Source of the DNA: Phoronis australis
Taxonomy: Eukaryota > Animalia > Phoronida
Length of the DNA: 64,000 nucleotides
NCBI GenBank assembly: GCA_002633005.1
Contig: NMRA01000391.1
Coordinates: 362,149 to 426,148, forward strand
Direction of reading: 5' to 3'
The translations under genes were made by a program, and so were the position numbers. Shown here piece by piece: positions 61,101-64,000 of the stretch (the stretch's first letter is position 1; each line of letters begins with the position of its first letter). Below the pieces are notes generated by a model that saw only the letters and a list, made by a program, of their open reading frames with translations, had not been told where the DNA came from and ran no database searches.

Positions 61101-64000
61101 GTTTTGCTTTGGGAAGGAGGGAGGGAGGGGGACCGAGGCTTGCTGCCAACATATGTTTTTCATATCATGAGCATAATGATGCCAAAAAACTAAATTTTGC
61201 TCTTTAGTTTGTAATTACTTTGTAACAATGTTAAAAGCATGAGGTTTAACTATTTCCATGGTTCTTTGATGACCGGGAACATCCATGCAAGTTTACAATG
61301 GCTTATGTAGCTACTGTGCTAACATTTGGCACATAAGCAAAACATGAGACGGACTTTCTTACCTTTTGTATTCCCCTTAAAAATATCGCTTCTGTGCCTA
61401 TTCCAGGGAGGGCCAGTTTTGAAAAGTGCAAAAACTCAGCTTGTTTCAGGCCACCTTGTTCTTTGTCAATAGATGTCACTGTCGTCAAGAGACCAGGTGT
61501 TTATCGAAGGAATTTGATCTAAGGTTGTATTGTGTGGAACACAGCAATTACCACATTAGCGATGGCTTCATAGCTAAAACACTGGTTAAAAGTAATTGAA
61601 TAGATATATTGTAGGCTAAAATTTGTAGTCTTTCAAACTGTTTGGCTCTTGAAATTGAATTTCTCATAAAAAGCTGAATTAGGTTCAGTTTTGCATGAAA
61701 AAGTACAATGAGAATTGGCCAAAATTAATTCATTAGGTTTTAGTTCTCAGATTCCCGTAGTTGAATAATTGTAGCTGGTAATTCTTTGAACCGTGGTAGA
61801 TAAGTAGCGTGCGAGTTGTGATGCCGTACACAAGCGTATGGGAACACTTAACAATTGACTGGTTTGATACCTGAAGAGCCTCAATTTAGAAACCATTGTT
61901 GTTTGTTGATGAAACCTGAGTTTTCTGTTATGGCATGGTCAGATACTTGAGAAAATGGTAAATAGAGAACAGTCTCTACCGTCTTCGCTCTGACGGAGGG
62001 TAGAAGTCAGGCTAGATATCTGACAAATATAAGCATTATCAGAAAATATAATTTTAATGAGATTTTATAATCTTTATCAAAATGTTGTTACAGCTGAATG
62101 GAGAGCACTTAAATCTGGTGGTGACGTCAGTAGTCAGAACATGTCAAGTCTAGACTGTATGAAAATGGCAATAACGAGGCAAGTATAGTGGTGATGTAAT
62201 GTTTACATGCATTGAGTGCATAATGCAAGCATTGTTGCATGTCATCACGTTGCTTTTGAAGGTGTCATTGGTCAGTGGCCTTGTGGTTGAAGCACTTGGT
62301 AAAAATCAGTCTTGAGATTGTGGATTCAATTCCCTTCTTGGCGAATTCTTTTTCCCGGGAGCCTGGCCATGGTTTATTGTGAGTTATCAGTGGAAGCACT
62401 TTTTCCTCAATGAGATTGATTCTGACTTTTGTGACAAAGAAAAATGAAACCTGAGTGGCCGATTGCCAAATAGGTCCATTATGTTTCCTCAATCTTCTAC
62501 GCAACTGTGAACTTTGCTCACTCATTATTGTTGTTTTTTTATCATTTTATCTTTTATGGGCTCAAGAATCTTCACTGCGTGGTAATTCCACTAAGTAATT
62601 GCCTTAAGTTTTTATTTGTCAAACTAATTACCGTACTGAAAGAAAACTTTATCAAATGCCATTTCATGACATCTATACAGTTTGTGTTAAGCTAATAATA
62701 AATCAACATTTTATTAATCTGTATTTTTGTTGAGTTCACTTCACTGCCAACAGGTGAAGAATTGTCACTGAAATGCTAACAGAAGATGGCGTCACTGCTG
62801 CATAACTTTTTACTGAGATGCATGTTTTTATTATGCTGTCATCTCCGTCTGTCCGGCATCAGTCTGTCCGACGTACGCCGTCCAGCGTCCACTGCTCTAT
62901 CTCCAAAACCCTTTGACGTACGTTCATGAAATTTTGCACATATATTCCTATCATGAATGGGATGGCATGAGCGAATTTTCGGACGGACTCGACTACGGGT
63001 GTGCCCTCTAGTGGCAATTTTATTTTTTTTACGCTTACCTCGATATCTTCAAAGGTCCTGAACATATTTTCATAAAATTTGGCATATAGGCATCTATTAG
63101 TGAGATGATGCTATCCTTTTGGTTTGGATGGATTCGACATAGTTTGCGCCACCTAGTGGCCATTTTTGCTATTTTCGAGTCTGTTTTTTGGCGTCCACCC
63201 CTCTATCAACCAAACCGCTCTAAAGATGGTTGTGGAAGTTGGCATGTGTGTTTTTACTAGGAAGCTGATGATGATATACCAATGACTTTGACTACTGTGG
63301 CGCCTCCTAGGGGCAGTTTTTTTTTGCGCCCATGGCTGCGTTTCTCCTAAACCGTTTGCAGCATCTTTGCTAAATTAGCAAGTGTATTTATATGACGTTA
63401 ACAATGGATGACAAACAACTTTCGGACGGATCTGACTACCAGTGTGCCCCCTATTGGCAATTTTCATTTTTAGGCTTACCTCTGTATCTTTAAATGTCAT
63501 CAACGGATTATCAGAAAGTTTGGAATACAGGCATTTAATGGTGAGATGATGCTATCCTCCCGCTTTGGGATTGAATCAAGGAACTTTTGCGCCACCTAGT
63601 GGCCATTTTTCCTGTTTTTGAGTCTTGTTTTTTTGGCGTCCACCCCTCGATCAACCAAACCATTCTGAAGATGACTTTATGAAATTTGGTAAATAGCTTT
63701 CTATTAAAGAAGCGATGGCATGTACTCATTTTCAGATGGATTGGATATTTTTTCGCCCTCTGGCGGCTATTTTTATGAAACAAATAAGCAACCCTAGAAG
63801 CACTCCGTGGCGCATTTCAAAGCTCCGCGTTGCTCTTGTTGTAATTGTAATAATCACATTTTGTGAGTCATTTTTCTTAAACCTATACTTTTCAATTAAA
63901 TGCATTTGATGAAATTAAATTTTCCAGGCAGTTGGATAAACTCGCTTTGGAAGAACCAGATAAAAGAGTTGCCATGATCACATTTGCAAGTGACATCAGT
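55129..64000 (+). CDS. CPRAS1: Circularly permuted Ras protein 1-like (cpRas GTPase + Sec23/24-type Zn finger + vWA); 3' part runs off the window
   Basis: Exons: 55129-55251 ([10 protein letters not shown], acidic); 56230-56415 ([16 protein letters not shown]3); 56857-57042 (NKCD G4, TSAK G5); 58456-58609 (GSGGVGKS G1, YDPTIED G2); 59361-59664 (basic linker, PIFCRGC); 60661-60863 (completes WECEFC; YCVDVSGSM, a DxSxS motif); 62094-62178; 63928-64000+ (KRVAMITF). All junctions are phase-consistent. Confidence 0.9.
56519..56587. mobile_element. Miniature hAT-like hairpin MITE; related inverted copy at about 22878-22950
   Basis: CATGGGCGGTGCA...TGCACCGCCCATG inverted ends; the internal CACTTTTTTCAGTGCTG is reverse-complementary to CAGCACTGAAAAAAGTG at about 22888. 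Confidence 0.6.
62825..63840 (+). mobile_element. Second copy of the HINE-like element, in a CPRAS1 intron
   Basis: Collinear similarity to 34870-36604 (ATGCTGTCATCTCCGTC..., GCGCCACCTAGTGGCCATTTT, terminal GCGCATTTCAA...CCGCGTTGCTCTTGT), with fewer internal units. Confidence 0.75.

Overview
Eukaryotic genomic DNA, most likely from an invertebrate animal: AT-rich, with spliceosomal introns and many MITE/LINE relics. The species cannot be determined from this window. Four protein-coding loci are supported. (1) An intronless, apparently disordered orphan ORF at about 10.1-11.2 kb (+). (2) A complete DZANK1 orthologue with 18 coding exons (25480-47812, +, 812 aa by my hand-spliced model). (3) An intronless class-A GPCR with melatonin-receptor-like NRY and N-x-x-I-Y motifs, nested antisense in DZANK1 intron 14 (43082-44179, -). 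(4) The 5' part of a circularly permuted Ras gene (CPRAS1-like), with GTPase motif order G3-G4-G5-G1-G2 followed by a Sec23/24-type Zn finger and a vWA domain (55129 to beyond 64000, +). Notable non-coding structure: a 49-bp minisatellite whose unit contains a DZANK1 5' splice site, with a second 12-copy array 43 kb upstream; two Helentron/HINE-like elements carrying co-oriented CTCF-like motifs at about 150-bp spacing; a consensus RFX X-box just upstream of the DZANK1 ATG; a probable GC-AG intron with a peptide-neutral GT-AG alternative; and HERO-like LINE, mariner, Harbinger-like and Kolobok-like relics. All exon models were spliced by eye and family assignments are from recalled sequence motifs, not database searches.
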